A DNA stretch of 45,572 nucleotides from Gallionella sp. GTDB lineage: Bacteria > Pseudomonadota > Gammaproteobacteria > Burkholderiales > Gallionellaceae. The stretch covers positions 1 through 45,572 of the forward strand of contig JANLID010000046.1 of assembly GCA_024654105.1 (NCBI GenBank), in the 5' to 3' direction. The notes beneath the pieces were generated by a model. The model saw only the letters and a program-made list of their open reading frames with translations. It made no database searches and was not told the DNA's origin. A program made the position numbers and the translations under genes. How positions within the stretch are numbered: the stretch's first letter is position 1; every line of letters starts with the position of its first letter. Shown here piece by piece: positions 1 through 9,125 of this stretch.

Positions 1-495
1 AAGCCGCATTACGGCATCATCAAGCACTGCGCGACCGACCCGGACGGAATCATCAAGGTCGATTACAAAGACTATGAGCCGCTGTATGACATATTCCGGG
101 AGTGCGAGGCGCTGACCACGGACACCACCAGGATAGTCGTCAAGTGGAACCGCATCAAGAACGAGGGAAAGCGCGAGTACAACAAGTGCTATGGCACGCC
201 GTTCCTGCTGCAAATGTCAGGCAATGGCCTGATCGCGCCGTGCGGGCCACTGTTCAACGAGAAGTACAAAGCGCTCCACATTGGCAATATAACCAAGACG
301 CGGTTCAAGGATATTTTCAACTCGCCGCGCTATTGGGAGGTCATCAGTTATCTGGGGAGCGATGACTTCAACCCGCAGGAGCGTTGCACCATAAATTGCG
401 TTCAACATTTGACTAATACGTGGCTTTTTCGATACAAGAATGGCCTTGAGAAACTACCAACAACGCCAGCACCACTTCATTCGGAATTTATATGA
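1..495 (+). CDS. Radical SAM/SPASM-domain protein, C-terminal part (5' truncated by window)
   Basis: Frame 1 is open from base 1. Pattern KCYGTPF...GLIAPCG...HIGNITKTRFKDIF...RCTINC matches a SPASM/twitch Fe-S domain. Confidence 0.75.
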   Translation, partial: KPHYGIIKHCATDPDGIIKVDYKDYEPLYDIFRECEALTTDTTRIVVKWNRIKNEGKREYNKCYGTPFLLQMSGNGLIAPCGPLFNEKYKALHIGNITKTRFKDIFNSPRYWEVISYLGSDDFNPQERCTINCVQHLTNTWLFRYKNGLEKLPTTPAPLHSEFI

Positions 496-1136
496 AGAAA
501 TGTTCAAAATGTGGGGAAGAAAAAGAGTTAAGCGGATTCTATAAAAACCGTAACGATTGCGTTCAATGCTGCGCGATAGCGGCAAAAATACGATATGAAA
601 AAAACCCAAAGGAATCTAATTCGAAAAGTCGGAAATGGTACGCAGAGAATAAAGAACACGCCGTTGATCAGCACAAAGAATACAGGCAGAGGAATGCCGC
701 GAAGGTATTCGAGATGCACAAGACGTACAGGAATAACAACAAGGACAAAATAGTCGCATGGTGGAATGCATCGCCAAAAGGAACGCTATCTAAAGCAAGG
801 CAATTAGCGTTAATTCGACGCCCAACAGAAAAACCAGTAACCACCAGCGAACTGATGGGGCTTTGGGAGAGCCAAAAAGGAAAGTGCGCGCTCTCCGGCG
901 AGATAATGACTTGGGGGCGAGGGGGATTAAAGCCGACTACTATTTCTGTTGATCGGATTAACAGAAAGCGCGGGTACTCGATTGATAATGTCCGTTTGGT
1001 TTGCTATCAGGTAAATGCATTCCGTGGAATGTGGTCAGACGAACAAATGTTGTTCATGGCAAAAGCTATAGTCAAAGCAGAAGGGGTTTATATACGCAAC
1101 TCCATCAACGCAGTTCCTGATTCACTTTTAACTTAG
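492..1136 (+). CDS. HNH-like homing endonuclease with N-terminal zinc finger
   Basis: CSKC...CVQC at the N-terminus, basic helical linker, then KCALSG...SVDRIN...GYSIDNVRLVC..VN. AT-richer than neighbours. Confidence 0.75.
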   Translation: MKKCSKCGEEKELSGFYKNRNDCVQCCAIAAKIRYEKNPKESNSKSRKWYAENKEHAVDQHKEYRQRNAAKVFEMHKTYRNNNKDKIVAWWNASPKGTLSKARQLALIRRPTEKPVTTSELMGLWESQKGKCALSGEIMTWGRGGLKPTTISVDRINRKRGYSIDNVRLVCYQVNAFRGMWSDEQMLFMAKAIVKAEGVYIRNSINAVPDSLLT

Positions 1137-1145
1137 GAGATTCAA

Positions 1146-1427
1146 ATGTCTTACTCAATTTTCGCACGCGGAGCGACCAAAGAGCAGGTAATGGAGAAAA
1201 TATCGGCTGAACTGGAAAAGATTGTGGTGGCGCAGCCGATTCACTCGGTGGATCGCTGGAAGGCATACGAAACCGCCACGGAATTCCTTGCGATGGTGCC
1301 AAACGAAACGGGCGACAAGGAATTCTACGTGTCGGTGTCTGGCTCGCTCAGTTGGAGCGAATGGAATGTCGTAACGTCGGCTAGCGTCAACGTGAATGCG
1401 TCGCTTGTCGCCAAGGAAAAGGCGTAA
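1146..1427 (+). CDS. Hypothetical protein
   Basis: AGGAG RBS, 93 aa. Confidence 0.65.
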   Translation: MSYSIFARGATKEQVMEKISAELEKIVVAQPIHSVDRWKAYETATEFLAMVPNETGDKEFYVSVSGSLSWSEWNVVTSASVNVNASLVAKEKA

Positions 1428-1481
1428 GGCCGGAAAGGTTGCGTTTCCGACCAGCGCTATGCCGGTACACCCGGAGTTCAT

Positions 1482-1910
1482 TTGATCACAGTCCTCGCCA
1501 ATGGATGCTTTGACGTGCTCCACGCCGGCCATGTCCTGCACCTCGAGGCCGCCGCGAAACTCGGAGACAGGCTAGTCGTGTCGCTGACGCTGGATGAACA
1601 CGTCAACAAGGGCCCGCACCGACCGATCAATGATTGGGATTCGCGGGCCTTGGTATTGCGCGCATTGAGATGCGTGAGCGAGGTCGTTCCCTCGACGGAT
1701 GGCGCAGAAGCAGTAATGACATTTCGCCCTGATGTGGCCGTCAAAGGTATTGACTATAAGGACACGCAAGTTATTGAGCGGATGCGCGCCGCGTGCGCGC
1801 TCGTTGGGGCGAAACTCGTTTTCACAGAAACGCCAAAAATGTCATTCAGCGACAAACTTGCTGCGTTGTTATCCAGCGGCGTAGGAGATGGTGATTATGG
1901 CGTTGAGTGA
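1482..1910 (+). CDS. Cytidylyl/adenylyltransferase (HldE/RfaE domain II-like)
   Basis: GCFDVLHAGH (HxGH), NKGPHRPI, KGIDY motifs. Confidence 0.9.
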   Translation: MITVLANGCFDVLHAGHVLHLEAAAKLGDRLVVSLTLDEHVNKGPHRPINDWDSRALVLRALRCVSEVVPSTDGAEAVMTFRPDVAVKGIDYKDTQVIERMRAACALVGAKLVFTETPKMSFSDKLAALLSSGVGDGDYGVE

Positions 1911-2553
1911 GAATGCCCCGCCGATGAACCCGATCGTCAAAAGTGAGTACATGGGGAAAGGCGTGATGATTGATGACGGCGGCATCGGCAGCGCCCTGAT
2001 GTTCTTCCTCCTGCTTTACAACGCAGCCAAGGCGACGAATGTCCGGGAATACGGGGAGACGGTAGATTTGGCTGAAGGCTTGCGGATACTACGCAAACTC
2101 TGCCTCAATGCGACATTCGAAAAGCCGAACAAGGTAATCTTGATCGGCAACGGCGGCTCCTCTGCAATCGCCTCCCACATGGCGGCGGATTACAGCAAGA
2201 ACGGCGGTATCCGCGCCATCGCGTTCAACGACGCGCCGACGCTTACCTGCCTCGGAAACGACTTCGGCATAGACGAGATTTTCGCCAAGCAACTGGAGTT
2301 CTACGCGCACCAGGGCGATGTCGTGATCATCGTGAGTTCATCTGGTCATTCCGGGAATATCCTACGGGCCGCGGAGCAGGCGTTTGTGATGGGACTCGAT
2401 CTGGTGACGTTCTCCGGCATGAACCCAGATAACGTACTGCGGAACAAGGGGAGATTGAATTTCTACGTGCCGGCCAAGGACTACGGGCTGGTCGAACTGG
2501 CGCACTTGGCGCTGCTGCATTCAATCGTTTCTGTTCAGGAGTGGAAAATATGA
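1897..2553 (+). CDS. gmhA: SIS-domain phosphoheptose isomerase (GmhA-like)
   Basis: IGNGGSSAIASH, LTCLGNDFG, SSSGHSGNI motifs. Start codon uncertain (1888, 1897 or later). Confidence 0.85.
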   Translation: MALSENAPPMNPIVKSEYMGKGVMIDDGGIGSALMFFLLLYNAAKATNVREYGETVDLAEGLRILRKLCLNATFEKPNKVILIGNGGSSAIASHMAADYSKNGGIRAIAFNDAPTLTCLGNDFGIDEIFAKQLEFYAHQGDVVIIVSSSGHSGNILRAAEQAFVMGLDLVTFSGMNPDNVLRNKGRLNFYVPAKDYGLVELAHLALLHSIVSVQEWKI

Positions 2554-3212
2554 ATGGCCGTATAGCATTGGTTACGGGCGGCACGCGCGGCATTGGGCTT
2601 GCGATAGCGAACAGGCTGCGATTCTCTGGCCATACCGTCCATGTGTGGGGACACGATATCGATGTGCGGCAGGAACGTCTGATTGAGGATGCGGTTAGCA
2701 AGATCGGCGCGGTGGATATTCTCGTGAACAGTGCTGGCGTATTCGGTCCTGTTGGCCCAGCCCTTGCATATCAGTCCGAGGCATGGCATGACGTGTTGGC
2801 CGTCAATCTGACCGGTACGATGCTGGTGTGCAAGAACGTCATTCCAGGCATGGTTGCGCGTGGCTTTGGCCGTGTCGTGAATATGTCGAGCGTGGTGGTG
2901 AAGGATACCAATCCGAACGCGCTTGCCTACTGCGTTTCAAAGGCTGGCGTCGAGGCGTTGACGCGCTGCTTTGCGCTTGAAACTGCCAAGACCGGGGTAG
3001 TTGTGAATTGTGTTCGCCCGGCAGCGGTGAATACTGATCTGTTTAAGAATGTGCCGCAGGAAAAGATTGACGCCATGCTCAAGAAATGCCCGATGGAGCG
3101 ATTCGTTACCGTCGAGGAAGTCGCGGCGCTGGTGTGTTGGCTGGTGAGTGAGGAATGCTCGGCGACCACGGGTGCGGCGTTTGATGTTGCCGGCGGGCGC
3201 TGTCAACTGTAA
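2550..3212 (+). CDS. Short-chain dehydrogenase/reductase (FabG-like)
   Basis: TGGTRGIG, LVNSAG, YCVSK catalytic motif; ATGA overlap with upstream gene. Confidence 0.9.
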   Translation: MNGRIALVTGGTRGIGLAIANRLRFSGHTVHVWGHDIDVRQERLIEDAVSKIGAVDILVNSAGVFGPVGPALAYQSEAWHDVLAVNLTGTMLVCKNVIPGMVARGFGRVVNMSSVVVKDTNPNALAYCVSKAGVEALTRCFALETAKTGVVVNCVRPAAVNTDLFKNVPQEKIDAMLKKCPMERFVTVEEVAALVCWLVSEECSATTGAAFDVAGGRCQL

Positions 3213-3214
3213 AA

Positions 3215-5008
3215 ATGCGGCTGTCTGATTACGTAATTTCCTTCCTTGAGGATCAGGGAATCGACTGCGCTTTCACGGTGGCTGGCGGTGGCTCGGCTTT
3301 CCTGGATGACGCGCTGCGCACGGCGAAGCGGATGCGTTACGTGGCCCATCATCATGAGCAGGCCGCGGCGATGGCGGCGGAAGCCTACGCGCGCGTCAGG
3401 ACGGGCCTGGGGCTTGCCGTAGTGACAAGCGGCCCTGGCGGCACCAACGCGATCACAGGAGTCGCCGGCGCGTGGCTGGACCACGTACCGCTGATCGTGC
3501 TGAGCGGGCAGACGTTTCAGAAGCAGACGATTACCGGACACCCTGGACTGCGCACCTTGGGCGTGCAAGAAATCAACATCGTGGACATCGTGAAGCCGAT
3601 CACGAAATACGCGGTGATGGTGACCGAACCGAAATTGATTCGTGCATACCTTGAGCATGCGCTGCACATGGCGCGATCAGGAAGGCCGGGGCCGGTATGG
3701 CTGGATTTGCCAGCCGACGTACAGAATGCGCAGATCGACCCGGCGACGTTGCGCGGATTCGACGTGCCGGCGCGGACGGTAGCGGATGGATTGCCGTTTG
3801 CGGTTGCCGAGGTTGTGAGACTGCTGCGCGCCGCCAAGCGCCCGCTGGTTCACGTCGGCCAAGGCGTGCGGCTTGCGGGCGCGGTCAAGGAGTTTTTCGA
3901 GTTCGTCGAATCCTGTGGACTGCCGTTCGTGACGGCGCGCAATGCGAACGATATTTGCGGCAGCGATCATCCGAACTACATCGGACGTCCCGGCACGTTC
4001 GCGCAGCGCGGGGCGAATTTCGCGGTGCAGACCTGCGATCTATACATCACGATCGGCACGCGCCTGTCGCTAGCGCAGACTGGCTACCAAGCGAATGACT
4101 ACGCGCGCAACGCGAAGATCGTCATGGTGGACATCGATGATGCTGAACTGAGCAAAGGCACAGTGCGTATTGATTGGGCAGTACGGGCGGACGCTGGCGA
4201 TTTCCTGCGGGAACTATTGAGGCAGGATGCCGGTGCCGGGGCGTGGTCTTGCTGGCTCGCACAGTGCAAGGCGTGGCAGGCAAAGTATCCGGTCGTGACG
4301 CCAGCGATGCGCGAGCCGGGCGCGTTCGTGAATTCGTACCACTTCATTGACGTGCTGAGCGATCTGCTGACCGCTGATGACGTGATCGTGACGGATATGG
4401 GAAGCTCGTTCCAGCACATTCATCAGGCATTTAAGGTGAAGGCTGGCCAGCGCTTGATGACGAACTGCGGACTCGCGCCGATGGGATGGGGCTTGCCGGC
4501 CGCTGTCGGCGCCTGCGTCGGTTCGGGTAGGCGCACGATCTGCATTACAGGCGATGGCGGGTTCATGTTCAACTCGCAGGAACTGGCGACGATCGCGCAT
4601 CACAAGCTGCCTATCAAGATATTCGTGCTGAACAACGGCGGCTATCTAACCATGCGCGAGTCGCAGGCGAATGCGTTCGGCGGGTACATGGGCAGCGACG
4701 AAGCGAGCGGGATATCGTTCCCGGACTTCAAGGTGTTGGCGGACGCAAACGGCCTGAATTACGGCTACATCGGCGAGCGATTGGTGCCGAATGGCGTCAT
4801 CAAAAAGGCGCTGGAAATTGACGGTCCGATTTTGGTCGAGGTCATGATGGACCCGAATCAGGAATCTATGCACGCGGTCAATCGGCGCGGGGCTGACGGC
4901 GCTATCAAGCAGACCGCAATCGAGGACGCCTTTCCGTTTCTGGACCCGGCAGAGGTTGCGGAAAATTTAACATACTCCAATATCGGAACCCCATCTAATG
5001 CGGTATGA
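3215..5008 (+). CDS. ThDP-dependent enzyme, acetolactate synthase-like (sugar-locus type)
   Basis: HHEQAAAMAAEAYAR, TSGPGGTN, GRPGPVWLDLP, GDGG...LNNGGY ThDP-binding motif. Confidence 0.92.
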   Translation: MRLSDYVISFLEDQGIDCAFTVAGGGSAFLDDALRTAKRMRYVAHHHEQAAAMAAEAYARVRTGLGLAVVTSGPGGTNAITGVAGAWLDHVPLIVLSGQTFQKQTITGHPGLRTLGVQEINIVDIVKPITKYAVMVTEPKLIRAYLEHALHMARSGRPGPVWLDLPADVQNAQIDPATLRGFDVPARTVADGLPFAVAEVVRLLRAAKRPLVHVGQGVRLAGAVKEFFEFVESCGLPFVTARNANDICGSDHPNYIGRPGTFAQRGANFAVQTCDLYITIGTRLSLAQTGYQANDYARNAKIVMVDIDDAELSKGTVRIDWAVRADAGDFLRELLRQDAGAGAWSCWLAQCKAWQAKYPVVTPAMREPGAFVNSYHFIDVLSDLLTADDVIVTDMGSSFQHIHQAFKVKAGQRLMTNCGLAPMGWGLPAAVGACVGSGRRTICITGDGGFMFNSQELATIAHHKLPIKIFVLNNGGYLTMRESQANAFGGYMGSDEASGISFPDFKVLADANGLNYGYIGERLVPNGVIKKALEIDGPILVEVMMDPNQESMHAVNRRGADGAIKQTAIEDAFPFLDPAEVAENLTYSNIGTPSNAV

Positions 5009-5534
5009 CCTGTTGATTGACCTGGCGGCTGCGAAAAAGCCGGATGTGCTGATAGAGATCGGCACGCACCGCGGCAACAATGCCAAGCGCCTGAAGGCGC
5101 ATTGCCGGAAATACTACGGCTTCGATCTATGGGAAGCCGGGAACGATGAAACCGACAAGCGCGAATCGAACGGCAAAGGCCGGTCAACGAAGGCACAGGC
5201 GGCGCAGGTGCTGGCCGGAACCGACTTTGAACTGATCGCTGGCAACACCCTGGATACGCTGCCCGCATTCTGGGAGCGCGGCATCAAGGCCGATTTCGTG
5301 TTCATCGATGGCGGTCATTCGGTCGGGACGATCGGTTCTGATTGGCAATGGACGCGGCGAATGCTAAATCCGGGCGCCGTTGTCGTGTTCGACGACTACT
5401 ACGAGCCCGAGCGCGACGGCTTCGGCTGCAACGCAATCGTAGCCGGAATCGAGCATGAGCTATTGAACGGCGACAGCTTCAACGGCACGCTGATCCGGCT
5501 GGTGAAATATGTCCATCCTTCGGGGGCTGCGTGA
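4998..5534 (+). CDS. Class I SAM-dependent methyltransferase (Methyltransf_24-like)
   Basis: IEIGTHRG, YYGFDLW, DFVFIDGGHS, VVVFDDY. Confidence 0.85.
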   Translation: MRYDLLIDLAAAKKPDVLIEIGTHRGNNAKRLKAHCRKYYGFDLWEAGNDETDKRESNGKGRSTKAQAAQVLAGTDFELIAGNTLDTLPAFWERGIKADFVFIDGGHSVGTIGSDWQWTRRMLNPGAVVVFDDYYEPERDGFGCNAIVAGIEHELLNGDSFNGTLIRLVKYVHPSGAA

Positions 5535-5704
5535 TTATCTTGAGCGATGCTCTGCTGTGGTTGATGATTCTTGCCGCGTTATGCTTACTTGGTGGCGTAG
5601 GAATGGGGCCGAAACGAAAGCGCAATCCGCCGCCGAAAGGTCCGCGCCCAATGGGGCGGTTCCCTGGCCCGCCGCCGAGGAGTGCCGGAGTTGAACCAAA
5701 ATGA
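5531..5704 (+). CDS. Small membrane protein with Pro-rich tail (57 aa)
   Basis: GTGA and ATGA overlaps at both ends; hydrophobic N-terminus, then KRKRNPPPKGPRP. Confidence 0.5.
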   Translation: MIILSDALLWLMILAALCLLGGVGMGPKRKRNPPPKGPRPMGRFPGPPPRSAGVEPK

Positions 5705-5901
5705 GGCACCAGATTGTTAGATACGAGTCAGTGGATGAGTGCGCCACTAATTGGCATCTCTACGAAGAAGCGGACGAGATATTGAAGAATCTGGAGGCGT
5801 TGTTGCCTAAATTGCAAAGGGCTTATGTGAGAGAGATGGGGCGGAAAGTACAAATGGAACTTGAGGGCCTGGTGCGTTGCTGCGACCAAAACGCCGGTTG
5901 A
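5701..5901 (+). CDS. Hypothetical protein
   Basis: 66-aa ORF coupled to the upstream ORF. Confidence 0.45.
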   Translation: MRHQIVRYESVDECATNWHLYEEADEILKNLEALLPKLQRAYVREMGRKVQMELEGLVRCCDQNAG

Positions 5902-5939
5902 TGAGACTGTAAAACAGATAAGCAATTTACAAACAATCG

Positions 5940-5971
5940 AAGCCGTCCGAAGTTGGGCGGCTTTTTCTTTT
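5940..5971 (+). terminator. Intrinsic terminator
   Basis: AAGCCGTCC-GAAGTT-GGGCGGCTT followed by a T-run; near-identical to the hairpin at 7795. Confidence 0.7.
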
Positions 5972-5980
5972 GGGGAATCA

Positions 5981-6937
5981 ATGGGCATTGTCGAACGCAT
6001 CGACGCGATTACCGCCATCCCGGCCGCATACCTGCGCGAGGACCCGCCGGCGCCGAGGTCGGTCAAGATCGAACTGACCGGTCGCTGCAATTACCGCTGC
6101 GGTTTTTGCGCCTTGCGCACGCGAGAGAATCAGCCAAAGGGCGACATGGACCTGTCGCTGTTTCGCAAAATCACGATCGACATGCGCGTGGCCGGCGTGG
6201 AGGAAATCGGCCTGTTCTACCTGGGCGAATCGTTCAGCGCGCCCGAGCTGCTGATTGAAGCCGTTGAATGGTGCAAGCAGGAACTTCGCTTCCCGTATGT
6301 GTTCCTGACCACGAACGGCAGCCTGGCCACGCCCGACCTGGTGCGCCGCTGCATGATGTTCGGCCTGGACAGCCTGAAATTCTCGGTCAATGCGGCGGAC
6401 GAAGCGCAATTTGAGGCGGTGATGGGCGTGAAGGGCGCGCTGTTTCGGAAGTCGCTTGCCAACCTGCAAGCAGCCCGCTCCCTTCGCGATGGCGTCGGCT
6501 ACAGGTGCGGTATTTACGCCAGTTCGATTCAATACGATGGTGAGCAGGCCGCGAAAATGCAGGCCATGCTGGAGGCTGAGGTGCTTCCCTATGTGGACTG
6601 CCATTATTTTTTGCCCCTGTACGGAAGCATGACGCACTGGAACGAGACAGGCGACGGCGGGCTAGGGTATGTGCCCACCGCGGGCAATCAGGGCCGTATC
6701 GGGGCGCTGCGCGATCCCTTGCCATGCTGGAGCGCTTTTACCGAAGGGCATGTGACCGCCGATGGCATCCTGACCGCCTGCTGCTTCGATTCGGACGGCC
6801 GGTTTGCGATGGGCGATCTGACGCGGCAGCGATTCATGGATGCCTGGCACAGCCTGCCGTTCAAGGAATTGCGCGGCGCGCACTTGGCGAAGGATGTCAG
6901 TGGAACTATTTGCGAGGGATGTCTAGCTTATGCCTAA
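5981..6937 (+). CDS. Radical SAM/SPASM-domain protein
   Basis: CNYRCGFC (CxxxCxxC), LTTNGS, C-terminal PCWS...ACCFD...MGDL...CEGC. Confidence 0.92.
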   Translation: MGIVERIDAITAIPAAYLREDPPAPRSVKIELTGRCNYRCGFCALRTRENQPKGDMDLSLFRKITIDMRVAGVEEIGLFYLGESFSAPELLIEAVEWCKQELRFPYVFLTTNGSLATPDLVRRCMMFGLDSLKFSVNAADEAQFEAVMGVKGALFRKSLANLQAARSLRDGVGYRCGIYASSIQYDGEQAAKMQAMLEAEVLPYVDCHYFLPLYGSMTHWNETGDGGLGYVPTAGNQGRIGALRDPLPCWSAFTEGHVTADGILTACCFDSDGRFAMGDLTRQRFMDAWHSLPFKELRGAHLAKDVSGTICEGCLAYA

Positions 6938-7127
6938 CAATATCGATTCATCGATCACATTCGGGCCGGTCTCTGGAGAGTGTTTCATTTGCGGCAAACG
7001 ACTGGAAGCGTACTGGAACAAAATGCTCAATTTGAAGGATGGCCGCATGGTGTGCGAGGAACACAATACGGTTGATCGCCATCCTAGCCTGCGTGAGCAA
7101 GGTTTTGTTTCATATTCGGACGGTTGA
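6930..7127 (+). CDS. Small Cys/His protein, hypothetical
   Basis: CFIC...CEEH. Confidence 0.45.
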   Translation: MPNNIDSSITFGPVSGECFICGKRLEAYWNKMLNLKDGRMVCEEHNTVDRHPSLREQGFVSYSDG

Positions 7128-7169
7128 TGGACTGCGAAATCTTCATCGCCTATGCCTGATTTTACGCGC

Positions 7170-7198
7170 TTGACACCTGCGCCGAAATGGCATAGCAT
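7170..7198 (+). promoter_or_regulatory. Sigma70-type promoter of an inserted moron, probably leaderless
   Basis: TTGACA-17 bp-TAGCAT, with ATG 6 nt downstream. Confidence 0.7.
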
Positions 7199-7204
7199 CC
7201 ATTT

Positions 7205-7354
7205 ATGAAACGCATGACGCAGCGAGAAATCCTAAAGCGGGCAGCAGAAATTGTGCAATGGGCAATAGACGTTTGCCCAGTTCCGCCGCGCGATAAAATG
7301 GCTGAATACAAAGAAATCGTGCGCGGTCTGAAACGCATGGCTGGCAAGAAATGA
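7205..7354 (+). CDS. Hypothetical 49-aa protein
   Basis: MKRMTQREIL...MAGKK; ATGA-coupled to the HTH gene. Confidence 0.55.
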   Translation: MKRMTQREILKRAAEIVQWAIDVCPVPPRDKMAEYKEIVRGLKRMAGKK

Positions 7355-7524
7355 CCGGCGCCCAACTTAAGACGCTTCGCTACAAACTCGACCTTTCGCT
7401 CGCGCAAGCCAGCAAGCAAGTCGAAGTCTCGCCGCGGACGTGGTGCAGATGGGAGGCGGGAGAGTCGCGGATTCCAGCGACGGCGGTTAAAGTGTTCAAG
7501 ATGGTGAACGGGGTGAAGGCGTGA
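7351..7524 (+). CDS. XRE-family HTH protein (57 aa)
   Basis: QLKTLRYKLDLSLAQASKQVEVSPRTWCRWEAGESRIP. Confidence 0.8.
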   Translation: MTGAQLKTLRYKLDLSLAQASKQVEVSPRTWCRWEAGESRIPATAVKVFKMVNGVKA

Positions 7525-7778
7525 GCAAATCTTGTGTTGCAATGGGTCCATTCGAACCCGATGCGGTCAGTAGAAGCAAAAAGCCGAATGGTTGGGTCGC
7601 GCGCGAGAGACTGATTCGATCTGCTCAGAAATTCAACGAGACCTGCTTCAGGTGCGGAGAATCCAGGCTCATGTGGAAGCTTGATAACTGCGATGGCGAA
7701 GTGAAGTTATGGCTGCCGTACCATTTTCACGTTTGCCCGAACGGCGCGCAGGCATTGGCGAGTGACAGAAACAACTAA
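7521..7778 (+). CDS. Hypothetical zinc-ribbon protein
   Basis: CFRCG...LMW...HVCP; GTGA overlap. Confidence 0.5.
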   Translation: MSKSCVAMGPFEPDAVSRSKKPNGWVARERLIRSAQKFNETCFRCGESRLMWKLDNCDGEVKLWLPYHFHVCPNGAQALASDRNN

Positions 7779-7794
7779 ATAACCGAAACACCGT

Positions 7795-7860
7795 AAGCCG
7801 CCGAAGTTGGGCGGCTTTTTATTTGGCACCACATTGACCCGCTTCGGCGGGTTTTTTATT
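7795..7860 (+). terminator. Tandem intrinsic terminators
   Basis: AAGCCGCC...GGCGGCTTTTT, then ACCCGC-TTCG-GCGGGT-TTTTT. Confidence 0.8.
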
Positions 7861-7872
7861 GGGAAATCGTGA

Positions 7873-8577
7873 ATGCCTGACGTTGAGATTTTCATCGGCT
7901 ATGACGGCCGCGAGCGCACCGCCTGGGAAGTCTGCGCCCGCTCGATCATCCGCCATGCCGCGCTGCCGCCGACGATCAGCCCTATCGGCATGGGAACTCT
8001 CAATGGCCGGTACAGACGGCCTACAGAGCGCGTGGATGGTATCCTGATCGACAAGGTATCCGATGCGCCGATGAGCACCGAGTTTGCCCTGGCGCGGTTT
8101 TTCGTACCCTGCGTCGCGCGCGCGCAGTTGGCACTATTCTGCGACGCGGATTTCATGTTTCGCGCCGATGTGGCGGAATTGTTCGCGCTGGCCGATCCGC
8201 GCTTTGCCGTGCAAGTGGTGAAGCATGACTATCACCCTGTCGACAAAATCAAGATGGACGGCCAGCCGCAGAGCGACTACCAGTACAAACTTTGGTCAAG
8301 CCTAGTGCTGTGGAACATGGTCCACGCCGCGAATAAGCGGCTCTGGCAGTTTGATCTGGATACGCGGCCCGGCCTATGGTTTCACCAGTTCGGATGGCTG
8401 CGCGACGATGAGATCGGTGAGATTGATCCGTCTTGGAATTGGCTCGATGGCGTGAGCGATCCATCGATTGAGCCGAAGGCGGTGCACTTCACGAATGGGA
8501 CGCCAGATATGCCCGGCCACGAAAACAGTCTGCACGCTTTCGAGTGGAATGTGCTTGCACAAATGGGGGCGGCATGA
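7873..8577 (+). CDS. Glycosyltransferase (GT-A fold, GT8/CDI-like)
   Basis: IFIGYD.RE, STEF..RF.VP, FCDADF (DxD), WSSLVLWN, WNWL, VHFTNGTP. Confidence 0.88.
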   Translation: MPDVEIFIGYDGRERTAWEVCARSIIRHAALPPTISPIGMGTLNGRYRRPTERVDGILIDKVSDAPMSTEFALARFFVPCVARAQLALFCDADFMFRADVAELFALADPRFAVQVVKHDYHPVDKIKMDGQPQSDYQYKLWSSLVLWNMVHAANKRLWQFDLDTRPGLWFHQFGWLRDDEIGEIDPSWNWLDGVSDPSIEPKAVHFTNGTPDMPGHENSLHAFEWNVLAQMGAA

Positions 8578-8945
8578 GAGCGGGCGCGATGGATCGGCAA
8601 GTGACAGTGGAAAAGAAGCAAGTTACCGTCGATCCGACGTACGGCACGGAACTGGTTTCCTGGATTCCGCTAGTCGCGCAGGCAGGCAGCCCAACGGTTG
8701 CCGCTCGCTTCTGGGCGCGGTTCCGGGACGTGCTGCAGGGACGTGGTGAGACAGTAAAAATGGACGTTGCGCTTTCGAGTGGGCGCGCTGTTGTCGGCAT
8801 GCGTTACCGCAGTGATATCACATCAGCGATGCGCGTGCGATTGCACGGTGACGGCGATGATGTTATTTACCAGATAATAACTGATCCGGTTATGATCGGA
8901 CGTAAGGAAGAAACAGAATTTATCGTCGAACGCTACAGCAGCTAG
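8574..8945 (+). CDS. Phage head closure / head-tail adaptor (SPP1 gp16-like)
   Basis: MRAGAMDRQVTV..., MRYRSDITSAMRV; gene position. Confidence 0.85.
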   Translation: MRAGAMDRQVTVEKKQVTVDPTYGTELVSWIPLVAQAGSPTVAARFWARFRDVLQGRGETVKMDVALSSGRAVVGMRYRSDITSAMRVRLHGDGDDVIYQIITDPVMIGRKEETEFIVERYSS

Positions 8946-8955
8946 GAGAATCATT

Positions 8956-9114
8956 ATGACAAAACAGCAACTGCGGGATGAAATCAAACGATTGAATGCG
9001 GAAGTGTCGAGATTGCAGACGCTATTGTCTGAGGCGGATAGTCGCCCGTCTGAGAGAGAAGCGAGAAGGTCACGGCCATGGATTGAACCCGATAAACAAG
9101 AGATACCCGAATAA
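8956..9114 (+). CDS. Hypothetical 52-aa protein
   Basis: AGGAG RBS; coiled-coil-like sequence. Confidence 0.5.
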   Translation: MTKQQLRDEIKRLNAEVSRLQTLLSEADSRPSEREARRSRPWIEPDKQEIPE

Positions 9115-9125
9115 CGGAGGTCGTA

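Noticed and set aside
3215-5008. Acetolactate synthase as a branched-chain amino-acid auxiliary gene (ilvB)
   Set aside because: No small subunit or ilvC nearby; the sugar-nucleotide context favours a carboligase role.
5509-5694. 61-aa ORF from the ORF track
   Set aside because: The alternative frame 5531-5704 is coupled at both ends and has a more plausible composition.
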